Below are positions 1-7,937 of a stretch of 64,000 nucleotides of DNA, one piece after another. The position numbers and the translations under genes are program-made. Under the pieces are notes generated by a model. That model ran no database searches. It saw only the letters and a program-made list of their open reading frames with translations, and had not been told where the DNA came from. Within the stretch, counting starts at the first letter, position 1. The number at the start of each line of letters is the position of its first letter. The DNA is from a bacterium (GTDB taxonomy: Bacteria; Patescibacteriota; Minisyncoccia; Phycocordibacterales; UBA5272): assembly GCA_023267595.1 (NCBI GenBank), contig JAHFNB010000002.1, positions 87,947 through 151,946 of the forward strand, read 5' to 3'.

Positions 1-96
1 GTTCTATGTCAGACTAGCAAAAGATTGCAAAATAAAAAGTAAAAACTTTATTTTGCTACATTCTTTGCAAATTGGATAATAGAGAGGAAAGTCATC

Positions 97-837
97 ATGG
101 GTTTCCTAAAAAGTAGTTCTGCTTTTTTGATTGGATTCCTAAGTGGTTTCCGTGTTAATCAAATAGAACAAAGACCAATTTCTCGAAAACATTTTTTTCT
201 CAAGATTGTTTATCTACTGTCTCTTGTATATTGTTTTTATCAGGCTATTTCGTGGCAAGAGCAGATAATAAGAGATCACTTCCTTGTTTCTTTTTTCTCG
301 GGATTTGGTATTGGTTTGAAGTTAGAAGTAGCAACACTTACGATAAGTGCAGGATTGTTCGTGCTCTACATCATCGGTGTTGTCTTCATTTGCTTTCGTG
401 ATTCTTCGGTGGAAATGCATTGGGCCAGTTTCCCAAACATCGGAGATGCATGTATTACCTGTGCTTTTGCATTATTCGTATATGCATATACGTACGACAT
501 GTTCTATTTTTTTGGAAATCATTGTGTTGCCACAAGTACTCTTTGTGTTAACTTCTCAAATACAGCACATACATTTGCGATTTCCTCTGCAGGTATTTAT
601 CTTCTACGTTCGTACTTCATATTTCGTCCAGAAGAAACAGGAACAAAAATATTTTTTGGACATGAAATAAGAAAGATATACGGAACAGGGAGTTATCTCA
701 TTCCAACAATACCTGTCCCTCACTTTATATACATATGTATGATAAGTGTATGGGATATTATTCCCTTTTTCTGGTTTATGTATCATCATCCGGATGGAAG
801 GGAATCTGCACAGGAACTTCATGTACGAAGGAGGTAA
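97..837 (+). CDS. hypothetical hydrophobic protein (weak call)
   Basis: 246-aa ORF from the track. Hydrophobic, Phe/Cys-rich, no recognisable motifs. Upstream sequence is A/T-rich. Confidence 0.25.
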   Translation: MGFLKSSSAFLIGFLSGFRVNQIEQRPISRKHFFLKIVYLLSLVYCFYQAISWQEQIIRDHFLVSFFSGFGIGLKLEVATLTISAGLFVLYIIGVVFICFRDSSVEMHWASFPNIGDACITCAFALFVYAYTYDMFYFFGNHCVATSTLCVNFSNTAHTFAISSAGIYLLRSYFIFRPEETGTKIFFGHEIRKIYGTGSYLIPTIPVPHFIYICMISVWDIIPFFWFMYHHPDGRESAQELHVRRR

Positions 838-896
838 TACCTACTTTTGGAATGAAGATCACACGATCTAGCAAAGTTAGGTCGTGTTTTCTTTTT

Positions 897-972
897 TGGT
901 GCCCCCAGTAGGGTTTGAACCTACGACCTGCGGATTAAGAGTCCGATGCTCTACCAACTGAGCTATAGGGGC
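897..972 (-). tRNA. tRNA-Lys (anticodon CTT), CCA encoded
   Basis: The reverse complement folds as a cloverleaf. The 7-bp acceptor stem is gccccta/tgggggc, with a D-arm agctcagttggtagagc and a T-loop ggttcaaaccc. The anticodon loop ctCTTaa is read by hand; its anticodon stem is only 4 bp plus a mismatch. Confidence 0.7.
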
Positions 973-1075
973 TTATAATTCTCGAAGATAACTATACCAC
1001 GCAAAGGAGAAATTTTCTAGAGTGTTTACATCAATTATGGTAGAATGAAAAAACTTTTAAGTAGTAAAAGTACAC

Positions 1076-1145
1076 GATGCAGTGGCGAAGTGGTCCATGA
1101 GCATAGCGAAATATATAGATGGCTCTGCGGTTAAACCGCAGCGTT
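1076..1145 (+). pseudogene. truncated tRNA-Cys-like fragment (5' 18 nt identical to the downstream tRNA-Cys, collapsed anticodon hairpin, no T-arm/3' acceptor)
   Basis: gatgcagtggcgaagtgg is shared with the tRNA at 1196. It is followed by a 31-nt unrelated insert and the hairpin ctgcggtt/aaccgcag. No matching 3' acceptor strand (ctgcatc) follows. Confidence 0.4.
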
Positions 1146-1195
1146 AAAAAATAAATCGAAGGTAAATCACATATATACTAAAGATATACGAATAA

Positions 1196-1272
1196 GATGC
1201 AGTGGCGAAGTGGCCTAACGCTGCGGTTTGCAAAACCGCCATTCGCGGGTTCGACTCCCGCCTGCATCTCCA
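1196..1272 (+). tRNA. tRNA-Cys (anticodon GCA), CCA encoded
   Basis: Acceptor gatgcag/ctgcatc. Anticodon arm gcggt-ttGCAaa-accgc. T-arm gcggg-ttcgact-cccgc. Ends tcca. Confidence 0.85.
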
Positions 1273-1297
1273 GTTACGATAAGTAACTAATCAATTT

Positions 1298-1380
1298 GCC
1301 CGGGTGATGGAATGGTAGACATAAAGGACTTAAAATCCTTGGTTGGAAACGACGTGCGGGTTCGAGTCCCGCCCTGGGCA
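1298..1380 (+). tRNA. tRNA-Leu (anticodon TAA), type II with long variable arm
   Basis: Acceptor gcccggg/cctgggc. Anticodon arm aagga-ctTAAaa-tcctt. Long variable arm ggttggaaacgacgt. T-arm gcggg-ttcgagt-cccgc. Confidence 0.8.
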
Positions 1381-1424
1381 CAGCAAAATTAAATCGCACT
1401 AAATAATGCGATTTAATTTTGCTG
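1381..1424 (+). terminator. perfect 18-bp stem / 8-nt loop hairpin immediately 3' of tRNA-Leu
   Basis: cagcaaaattaaatcgca-ctaaataa-tgcgatttaattttgctg. There is no downstream T-run, so classic intrinsic-terminator function is uncertain. Confidence 0.45.
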
Positions 1425-1570
1425 TGTGCAGAGGGAGAAAGCCAACTGTTTGGCTTTCGTCGGGACTCGAATAGGGGTCGAGGAGTCTACTGTTTTGTGT
1501 AATCACAAAACGAGACGAGGTGACCGAACTAGCCCTGGGCACAAAATCATTTGCTATACTTAGTCTCATA

Positions 1571-2188
1571 ATGAAAAAATATTTTCCTCATATCCTCCTT
1601 ATTGTATACATCATTGAGTTTGTTATTTTATCTATTACTCCATACGATAGAAGTGTCTGGCTTACCGAGAATCTAACTGTGCTTCCTATTGTTGTTATTC
1701 TTATTATCTTATATTTCAAAAATATTCGTTTTTCAAATCTCTCATACTTCTTAATGAGTATTCTCATCTATATGCATACACTAGGGGGACATTATACGTT
1801 TGCACTTGTACCTTTTGATTGGTTTAATAATTATTTTGGATTTGAAAGAAACATGTATGACAGAGTGGCACATGCAACAGTAGGATTTTATGCATATCCG
1901 ATTGTTGAATCTCTTATTCGTTATAAGGTTGTGACAAAAAAATGGTTTGCATATTTTTCTGCATTAACGGTTATTATAAGTATCGCAGCAGTCTATGAGT
2001 TATTTGAATGGAGGTATGCAATAAGTGCAGATCCAACAGCAGGTATTGCAGTTCTTGGTTCACAAGGAGATATATGGGATGCACAAAAAGATATGTTGAT
2101 GGATACCTTAGGTGGAATATTTGGAATTGTACTTTACTTTATTGTTTCAAAAGTAACATCATCTGGAACTGGAGTTTCGAAAGTATAG
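1571..2188 (+). CDS. DUF2238/YjdF-like inner-membrane protein
   Basis: ORF from the track, with the probable ATG at 1571 (MKKYFPH...). Multi-TM protein with HTLGGHYTF and YELFEW motifs reminiscent of the YjdF family. Confidence 0.5.
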   Translation: MKKYFPHILLIVYIIEFVILSITPYDRSVWLTENLTVLPIVVILIILYFKNIRFSNLSYFLMSILIYMHTLGGHYTFALVPFDWFNNYFGFERNMYDRVAHATVGFYAYPIVESLIRYKVVTKKWFAYFSALTVIISIAAVYELFEWRYAISADPTAGIAVLGSQGDIWDAQKDMLMDTLGGIFGIVLYFIVSKVTSSGTGVSKV

Positions 2189-2826
2189 TCTTTATTATTA
2201 AGAGTAAAAGAAATAGATTGTGCATGTAATCGTATGCGTGGTGAATCAATGGTACTTCCATAGGCTTTATCTCCAACGATTGGATGATTAATAGAAGACA
2301 TGTGTGCACGCAATTGATGAGTACGTCCTGTAGTAGGGGAGAGTTCTACAAGTGTTGTGTAGGTATTTCTTTTTACTATATGTACGTTTGTGACTGCACT
2401 ACGTAATTCTCCACGAGGATTACTTGGATTGGTTGACTGCTTGTAATCTTTTTTACTACGACCAAGTGGTGCGTCAATAGTAAAAGAATCTTTTTCTAGT
2501 ATTCCATCGACAAGCGCAGTATATTTTTTCTTTGTTGTGTGATTTTTAAATTGTGATTGTAATTCATCAAATATATGTTGTGTTTTTGCAATAACCATAA
2601 CACCAGATGTTTCTCTGTCTAATTTGTGTACTATTCCACCAAGAGAAATAGTACGACCATCTTGTAGTGTGATTGCATTGTTAATCGTAAACATTGATGG
2701 ATAGTATTCATGCAAAAAATCGAGAACTGTATATTCCGTTGAATAATCAAATGGGTGTACAACCATGCCGGATGGTTTATCTAATATAAGTATATTTTCA
2801 TCATCATAGATGATTGTTGGTTTCAT
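2134..2826 (-). CDS. RluA-family pseudouridine synthase
   Basis: Catalytic motif HRLDRETSGVMVIAK and overall RluA-like length. The start ATG is confirmed by plus-strand cat at 2824-2826. Confidence 0.85.
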   Translation of the reverse strand: MKPTIIYDDENILILDKPSGMVVHPFDYSTEYTVLDFLHEYYPSMFTINNAITLQDGRTISLGGIVHKLDRETSGVMVIAKTQHIFDELQSQFKNHTTKKKYTALVDGILEKDSFTIDAPLGRSKKDYKQSTNPSNPRGELRSAVTNVHIVKRNTYTTLVELSPTTGRTHQLRAHMSSINHPIVGDKAYGSTIDSPRIRLHAQSISFTLNNKDYTFETPVPDDVTFETIK

Positions 2827-3067
2827 TTTTTCACTCTAACATATTTATAAAGACTTGGTCACAAAACTACCTCGCTTTGTTGGGAAAGGAATCTTGACTA
2901 CAAGTTTTGTGTCGTCGCCACTCACAAACTCGCAGTCCGCCCCTCGTGGTTTTGCTTTCTAGCAAAACATCACTGCGGTCTTCAAGTCCTTACGCAAGCA
3001 AAGCAGTTTGCTTGCTTCCTAGGCACAACTAAAAAATGGACACTTGTGTGTCTCATTTTTTATGTTG

Positions 3068-3149
3068 TGCCCAGGAAAGGACTTGAACCTTCATGCCTTG
3101 CGGCGCTTGCTCCTAAGGCAAGTGCGTCTACCAATTTCGCCACCTGGGC
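3068..3149 (-). tRNA. tRNA-Leu (anticodon TAG), type II
   Basis: Reverse complement: acceptor gcccagg/cctgggc. Anticodon arm cttgc-ctTAGga-gcaag. Long variable arm. T-loop ttcaagt. Confidence 0.8.
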
Positions 3150-3202
3150 AGGTGAGTAAAGGTGATTATAACGTAAACAATGTTTTTTTGCGAGAAATAA
3201 GA

Positions 3203-3231
3203 AAATAAAAAAGCCGGTCTGTTGACCGGCT
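3203..3231 (-). terminator. rho-independent terminator of the 464-aa gene
   Basis: agccggtc-tgtt-gaccggct, with an A-run on the plus strand (a T-run on the minus strand). Confidence 0.6.
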
Positions 3232-3248
3232 TGATTCCACGAAGGAAT

Positions 3249-4643
3249 CTAGTGTTGATGTATGAGATGTTGCATCTTGCCGAGAAAGCGATTTCGGCGA
3301 TGCGTGAATCCTCGTGATGACTTTTCATCTTCGGAAGCATTGCTCTTTTTCTGTACTTCTTTTTTTGCTTTGATTCCGAGACTCATACCAACGTCTCGCA
3401 GGTATTGGTGCACGACTTTTGCGCCTTCTGCCATTTTTGTCGGCATCCCTGTGATGTCGAGCACTTCATGTTTCAACTTCGCAAACGTGAAGTGGACATT
3501 GATCGAGAGTTCCCCACTTTCTTGGAGGTGGCCGAGCATGTGCTCATTGTCCGCACCTTTGAAGTAGAGTTCTCCATCTTTGTCCAAGGAAAAGAATGCA
3601 TTTGACCCTTTCTCATCTTTCGATTTGTAAAGGTCAGGTTTTGCAGATAAAAAAAGTTCCAACATCTTTTCCGATGCTTCTTCCGCATTGTACGGAATCG
3701 GATTTTTCTTCTGCTCTACCGGAATCATTGCTACAACTTCTTCTTTTTTTTGTGGAGTAGGTGCGGTGATGATCCCTTCTTCTTCCATGATAATACGAAG
3801 GAACGACCACATCTGCTTTTGTATTGCGAAAGCCGCAGGGTTGATGAGTTTGCTTTCGAATTTTTCCGAGCGAAGTTGCACCACTGATACATACAAATTG
3901 GGGTGCAACTCTGCGTCAACCAACCCACTTTCTTCTGTTGCCTTGTGGACATAGATAACCGGCAAGCCAGTTACCAGTTTTGCGATTCTGAAAACGACAT
4001 CCTTGATTCCGACCAGGCCGACGCGATCTTCATCACCCCAGAGAATGCGAGCAACGGCGGACGATTCTTTTTCGATCTGGCTGTAGGAAGAAATTTCCGT
4101 GCGTGTCACTTTACTTTCTGTGACATACTGGATACTTTCCGTCAGACCAAACCCTTCGATCATGATGCGGAGGAACTTGTAGAGTTGCTCCACCATTGCA
4201 TACACCACTTCGTCTTTGATTTGCGCAACGAAGACCGGTTGCTTCAGTTTCGCGAAGGGAATACGCGTTTGCACTTCCACTCCTGCAAGTGCAAGCGGAT
4301 GATACTTCGGTATTTTGGATACTTCGATGAAGATGATTTCGTGACCAACAGGGGCGCCCTTGTACATCGGGTACAGTTGTTTGGTGAACTCGACTCCATC
4401 TTCAGTGCGGTAGAGTTCCTTGTCGAGAACTCCGTTGAAGAGTTCCCGCAGTTCATGACCCATACGAGCATGCTTGTACGGAATTTTATTTCCGCCAGCA
4501 TCCAGACTACGCGGTGCGTAACTGGCAGGCACTAACCCTTTTTCTTTGGGTGGCTTGCGCGGTTTTTCCACATGCGCAGATTTTTTACTTTTATTCTTTG
4601 GCAGACCTTTACTGCCCTTACGTTCTTTGAACGTCTTGCCCAT
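3249..4643 (-). CDS. hypothetical protein with basic N-terminus (464 aa)
   Basis: Long clean ORF with a Lys/Pro-rich N-terminal tail. No family recognised. It appears noticeably more GC-rich than its neighbours. Confidence 0.5.
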   Translation of the reverse strand: MGKTFKERKGSKGLPKNKSKKSAHVEKPRKPPKEKGLVPASYAPRSLDAGGNKIPYKHARMGHELRELFNGVLDKELYRTEDGVEFTKQLYPMYKGAPVGHEIIFIEVSKIPKYHPLALAGVEVQTRIPFAKLKQPVFVAQIKDEVVYAMVEQLYKFLRIMIEGFGLTESIQYVTESKVTRTEISSYSQIEKESSAVARILWGDEDRVGLVGIKDVVFRIAKLVTGLPVIYVHKATEESGLVDAELHPNLYVSVVQLRSEKFESKLINPAAFAIQKQMWSFLRIIMEEEGIITAPTPQKKEEVVAMIPVEQKKNPIPYNAEEASEKMLELFLSAKPDLYKSKDEKGSNAFFSLDKDGELYFKGADNEHMLGHLQESGELSINVHFTFAKLKHEVLDITGMPTKMAEGAKVVHQYLRDVGMSLGIKAKKEVQKKSNASEDEKSSRGFTHRRNRFLGKMQHLIHQH

Positions 4644-4814
4644 GATGTTCTCCTTGAAGAAGTTGTATGGGTATTTCGTTTTGGAATAGAAACTTACTTA
4701 CAACGAACGTTTTACAACTTATGTAAACTACATAAAGCAGTAAAATTAACCTTTACATATTATACACGAAAATAGTATTTTGTCAAGGTGTAAATACCTT
4801 TATTTATAATGGTT

Positions 4815-5204
4815 TTATAACTCTTTCTCTTGTAACTTTTTCTGATATTCTTCGTTTGCAATTTTATCTTTTCGGAGGAGGGAGTCCACGTGTTGTCTAT
4901 TCTTTTCTCCATAGTCTATTTCTACTTCAAAAAATGGAATTACTTTTACAGGAAGTCTCTTCATAACAGTATGACGAAGTTCACTACGCATTCGTTTTGC
5001 AAAGTCTAATGCAGCAGGTTCTTTTTCTTCTGGAATTGCCGTGATGAAAATAGTTGCATGTTGCATATCGGGGGATACTTCTGCACGAGTAACCGTGATG
5101 AGTGAAGCGCCAGATGACTCACGTTGAAAGAAATCTTGGGCAATAGCAAGAATCTCTAATGCAAATTGTATTTGTCGTTTTGAGGGTGCTTTGTTTATCT
5201 CCAT
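4815..5204 (-). CDS. rbfA: ribosome-binding factor A
   Basis: Typical RbfA size and sequence (ITVTRAEVSPDMQHATIFIT...). It lies immediately downstream of infB as in most bacteria. Confidence 0.8.
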   Translation of the reverse strand: MEINKAPSKRQIQFALEILAIAQDFFQRESSGASLITVTRAEVSPDMQHATIFITAIPEEKEPAALDFAKRMRSELRHTVMKRLPVKVIPFFEVEIDYGEKNRQHVDSLLRKDKIANEEYQKKLQEKEL

Positions 5205-5208
5205 ACTT

Positions 5209-6723
5209 TTAAATACGTAATTTTTCTACAAGAAGTGCTTCAAGTACATCAGATGGAATAATTTCAAACTTACTTTCTACCATGAGACCACATTCATTTC
5301 CTTCATTAACAACATCTGTCTTTATTTTTTGTGATTGTAGTTCTATGATACGTCCACGTCCGAGTTCTACACCACGACGAATGATTTTCACCATTGCATT
5401 ATTCTGTATTTTCCCAGTTTCTACTTTTCCACCGATTACATGCTTATCTTTTTGTGAAGAAAATGTTCTCATGACTTTGAGTGTTCCTAGTACTACTTCT
5501 TTTTCTTCATATGGTAAACGTCCTTCAACAATAGTGTCGAACCATTCAGAGAGTTTATAAATAATATCAAAGAGTTCAGGTTTGATATTAAATCTGTCTG
5601 CTTGGTCACGTGCTTTTGCTTCCATCTTTACAGTAAATCCAATGATGATAGTTTTTTCATCAGAAGATGCAAGCATGATATCTCCTTCAGAAATTGCACC
5701 TACTCCTTCTGCAATTATTTTTATCTTTACATCATCAGTTTCTTTCTTCTTGAGTTCTCGTTTTACGGCATCTAATGTTCCAAGTGAATCTGCTTTCACA
5801 ACAACAGGGATAACTACTTTTGCATTACGATAGATACGTGGGTCAAGGACTTCTTTTACCGCATTTCCTTTTGCCTCTTCTTGTAACTTTTCTATTTCTT
5901 TTTTATCAGATGAAGAAATAAAAATAACCCCTGCGTGTGGGACATCATCAAACCCTGTTACTTTTATTGGTTGGCCCGCATGAGGATTTTTGATAGCAAT
6001 ACCTTTAAAGTTTTCGATAATACGAATAGGAGATGCTGCAGTACCTGCAAGAATAGAACCAGATGATGCAAGTGTTCCATCTTTAATAATAAGTGATGCA
6101 GAGATGCCACGTTTTGGATCTACAAAACTTTCAAGGACATAGCCTGTGGCTTCGGTTGATAAGTTTGCTGTTAGTTCATTCATTTCTACGACAAGTAATA
6201 ATGTCTCCAGAAGAAAATCAATACCTTGTCCTGTTTTTGCAGAGATTTCTACACACGGTATATCACCACCGTACCCTTCGAGATAGATTCCGTTTTCAAC
6301 GAGAGAGTTTTTTGTTTTTTGAATATCGGCACCTGATTTATCTATTTTATTAATTGCAACGACAAAAGGGAGTTTACGAGATGAGATAGTTTTCCAACTT
6401 TCAAGTGTTTGTGTCTTTACTCCGTCTTCTGCAGAGACAACCAAGATTGCAATATCTGCAATTTCCACACCACGTTCACGCATACTTTGAAATGCTTCAT
6501 GTCCTGGAGTATCTAAGAATGTGATTGGTTTTACTGTGCCACTGGTGAGTTTGTGTTCCACTTCGTATGCAGAAATACGTTGTGTTATACCTCCTGCTTC
6601 ACCTTCCACTACATTTGATTTACGAATGAAATCAAGAAGAGATGACTTTCCATGATCAACATGCCCAAGTACGGCAATGACAGGCTGACGAGGAACGAGC
6701 ATGGTAGTAGATGCTTTCGACAT
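5209..6723 (-). CDS. infB: translation initiation factor IF-2 (short form lacking the N-terminal extension)
   Basis: G-domain motifs GHVDHGKSSLLD, DTPGHEAF and NKIDK, plus C-terminal beta-barrel regions. The start was moved to the ATG encoding MSKAST (plus-strand cat at 6721-6723). Confidence 0.9.
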   Translation of the reverse strand: MSKASTTMLVPRQPVIAVLGHVDHGKSSLLDFIRKSNVVEGEAGGITQRISAYEVEHKLTSGTVKPITFLDTPGHEAFQSMRERGVEIADIAILVVSAEDGVKTQTLESWKTISSRKLPFVVAINKIDKSGADIQKTKNSLVENGIYLEGYGGDIPCVEISAKTGQGIDFLLETLLLVVEMNELTANLSTEATGYVLESFVDPKRGISASLIIKDGTLASSGSILAGTAASPIRIIENFKGIAIKNPHAGQPIKVTGFDDVPHAGVIFISSSDKKEIEKLQEEAKGNAVKEVLDPRIYRNAKVVIPVVVKADSLGTLDAVKRELKKKETDDVKIKIIAEGVGAISEGDIMLASSDEKTIIIGFTVKMEAKARDQADRFNIKPELFDIIYKLSEWFDTIVEGRLPYEEKEVVLGTLKVMRTFSSQKDKHVIGGKVETGKIQNNAMVKIIRRGVELGRGRIIELQSQKIKTDVVNEGNECGLMVESKFEIIPSDVLEALLVEKLRI

Positions 6724-6764
6724 ATAAATTATCGCACCATTATAACACAATTATGTAAAGATTC

Positions 6765-7262
6765 CTACTTCTTATGTGCAGTTTTTGCGTCTGTTAAAAC
6801 ACTTTGCTCTTCTTCTGTTAAATCGTGAGTACTCGTATACTGCGTAACTGGTTTTGCAAACATACTAAATCTGTCGCGATGATGAAGTGATGAAAGAATA
6901 ACACCGTTACCTTGTTCATTAACAAGTGCAATTGCAAATGATTGATTACTACTGTTAGTATCAAAGGCTTTAAAGCGCACAGTTGAAACATTGCGAATAC
7001 ATTGTGATAGTCGCGTTTCTAAATCCATTGCATGTTGTGCGAGTAATTCATCATGCTTTTTTAAATTATCTACTTTGTCTAAATAGTCACGTATAGTACC
7101 TTCAAGATTTTTCCCATTTTCACCACGCATAAAAATAGATAATTTGTAATATTGATGAATTGTAGTGACAAGGAGTACAACCGTGCAAGCAAATAGGATA
7201 ACAACAGTATACGGAGATGTTGAGTAGATAAGGAGAGTATTCATGTAGAAGAATTGTAACAT
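6765..7262 (-). CDS. membrane-anchored hypothetical protein (DUF4446-like?)
   Basis: N-terminal TM segment followed by a soluble domain. Family assignment is from memory and weak. Confidence 0.4.
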   Translation of the reverse strand: MLQFFYMNTLLIYSTSPYTVVILFACTVVLLVTTIHQYYKLSIFMRGENGKNLEGTIRDYLDKVDNLKKHDELLAQHAMDLETRLSQCIRNVSTVRFKAFDTNSSNQSFAIALVNEQGNGVILSSLHHRDRFSMFAKPVTQYTSTHDLTEEEQSVLTDAKTAHKK

Positions 7263-7410
7263 ATGACACTTATTTTTATGTATATTTTAATTTTGAAAAA
7301 GATTTTTAATTTTGGTATGATACAAAAAGTGATAGGGGTTCATTCCTTTCATGATTGTGTTTGACTAATGATGTCAGACACTCCGCCAAAAACGTCACAG
7401 GAGAAAGCAC

Positions 7411-7476
7411 ATGAAAAAAATCATGCACAACGCGTCCCCGCCGCCGCTCCGACTGACCGTTTCAGGAAGGGGGTGA
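7411..7476 (+). CDS. micro-ORF (21 aa, MKKIMHNASPPPLRLTVSGRG) with SD, inside a GC-rich patch
   Basis: aggagaaagcac precedes the ATG. Contains a PPP tripeptide. Below the ORF-track size threshold. Confidence 0.2.
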   Translation: MKKIMHNASPPPLRLTVSGRG

Positions 7477-7523
7477 TCATATCTAGAGTCTTTGGATAAT
7501 GGAATTTTTTTCCAGAGATTCGG

Positions 7524-7555
7524 GCGGCTGCATGGCAGCCGCTTTCCCATTTTTA
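7524..7555 (+). terminator. intrinsic terminator (gcggctgc-atg-gcagccgc + T-run)
   Basis: GC-rich 8-bp stem followed by tttcccattttt. Confidence 0.6.
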
Positions 7556-7588
7556 TACTTTAAATAATAGCAACATATTTTTGGGTAC

Positions 7589-7616
7589 TTGACAAATATT
7601 TTGTAGATGCTATACT
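7589..7616 (+). promoter_or_regulatory. near-consensus sigma70-type promoter (TTGACA, 16-nt spacer, TATACT)
   Basis: ttgacaaatattttgtagatgctatact. It lies about 55 nt upstream of an SD (aaggagaag) and the small ORF at 7673. Confidence 0.5.
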
Positions 7617-7672
7617 AGTATTTGTAGTACCTTCAACGATTTATTCTTGATTTCAACCACAAGGAGAAGTCC

Positions 7673-7792
7673 ATGAAAAGCCCGCCCGCAGCAATCCCCG
7701 GCAAACCCTATGCCTTCCAGAGCCTGAACCTGATCAAGAAATCCGCCACGGCCAGCGCCGGCCAGGCGAAGGTGCACGCAGTCGCGACCTGA
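7673..7792 (+). CDS. small GC-rich ORF (39 aa, MKSPPAAIPGKPYAFQSLNLIKKSATASAGQAKVHAVAT)
   Basis: Strong SD, ATG, and GC content very unlike the host. Flanked by a promoter upstream and a terminator downstream. Confidence 0.3.
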   Translation: MKSPPAAIPGKPYAFQSLNLIKKSATASAGQAKVHAVAT

Positions 7793-7873
7793 TCGCCCCG
7801 CGCGCCACCGGAGGAAGTAGCACCCGTTGCTTCCTCAATCAAAACATCGTCCACTTCATGTGGCGAGCAGTAC

Positions 7874-7908
7874 CCCGCCGACCAAAGGTCGGCGGGTTTT
7901 CATTTTTA
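7874..7908 (+). terminator. intrinsic terminator (cccgccgacc-aaa-ggtcggcggg + ttttcattttt)
   Basis: 10-bp GC stem plus a T-run. Confidence 0.6.
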
Positions 7909-7937
7909 TAAAATAGATTTTGTTGTAGTATAGTGAT

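Noticed and set aside
347-822. Overlapping ORFs 347..670 (+) and 604..822 (-) within the 97..837 ORF
   Set aside because: Alternative frames of an already doubtful region. No support.
3262-4535. Plus-strand ORFs (3262..3567, 3405..3605, 3688..3954, 3903..4535) overlapping the 464-aa minus gene
   Set aside because: They are mutually overlapping, lack starts with SD, and sit opposite a long clean ORF. The minus-strand gene is preferred.
7670-7860. tmRNA or other known structured RNA as the explanation for the GC-rich patch
   Set aside because: No tRNA-like 5' or 3' ends. The encoded peptide does not end in the ALAA-type tag. I could not recognise SRP, RNase P or 6S hallmarks by eye. Left open for Rfam testing.
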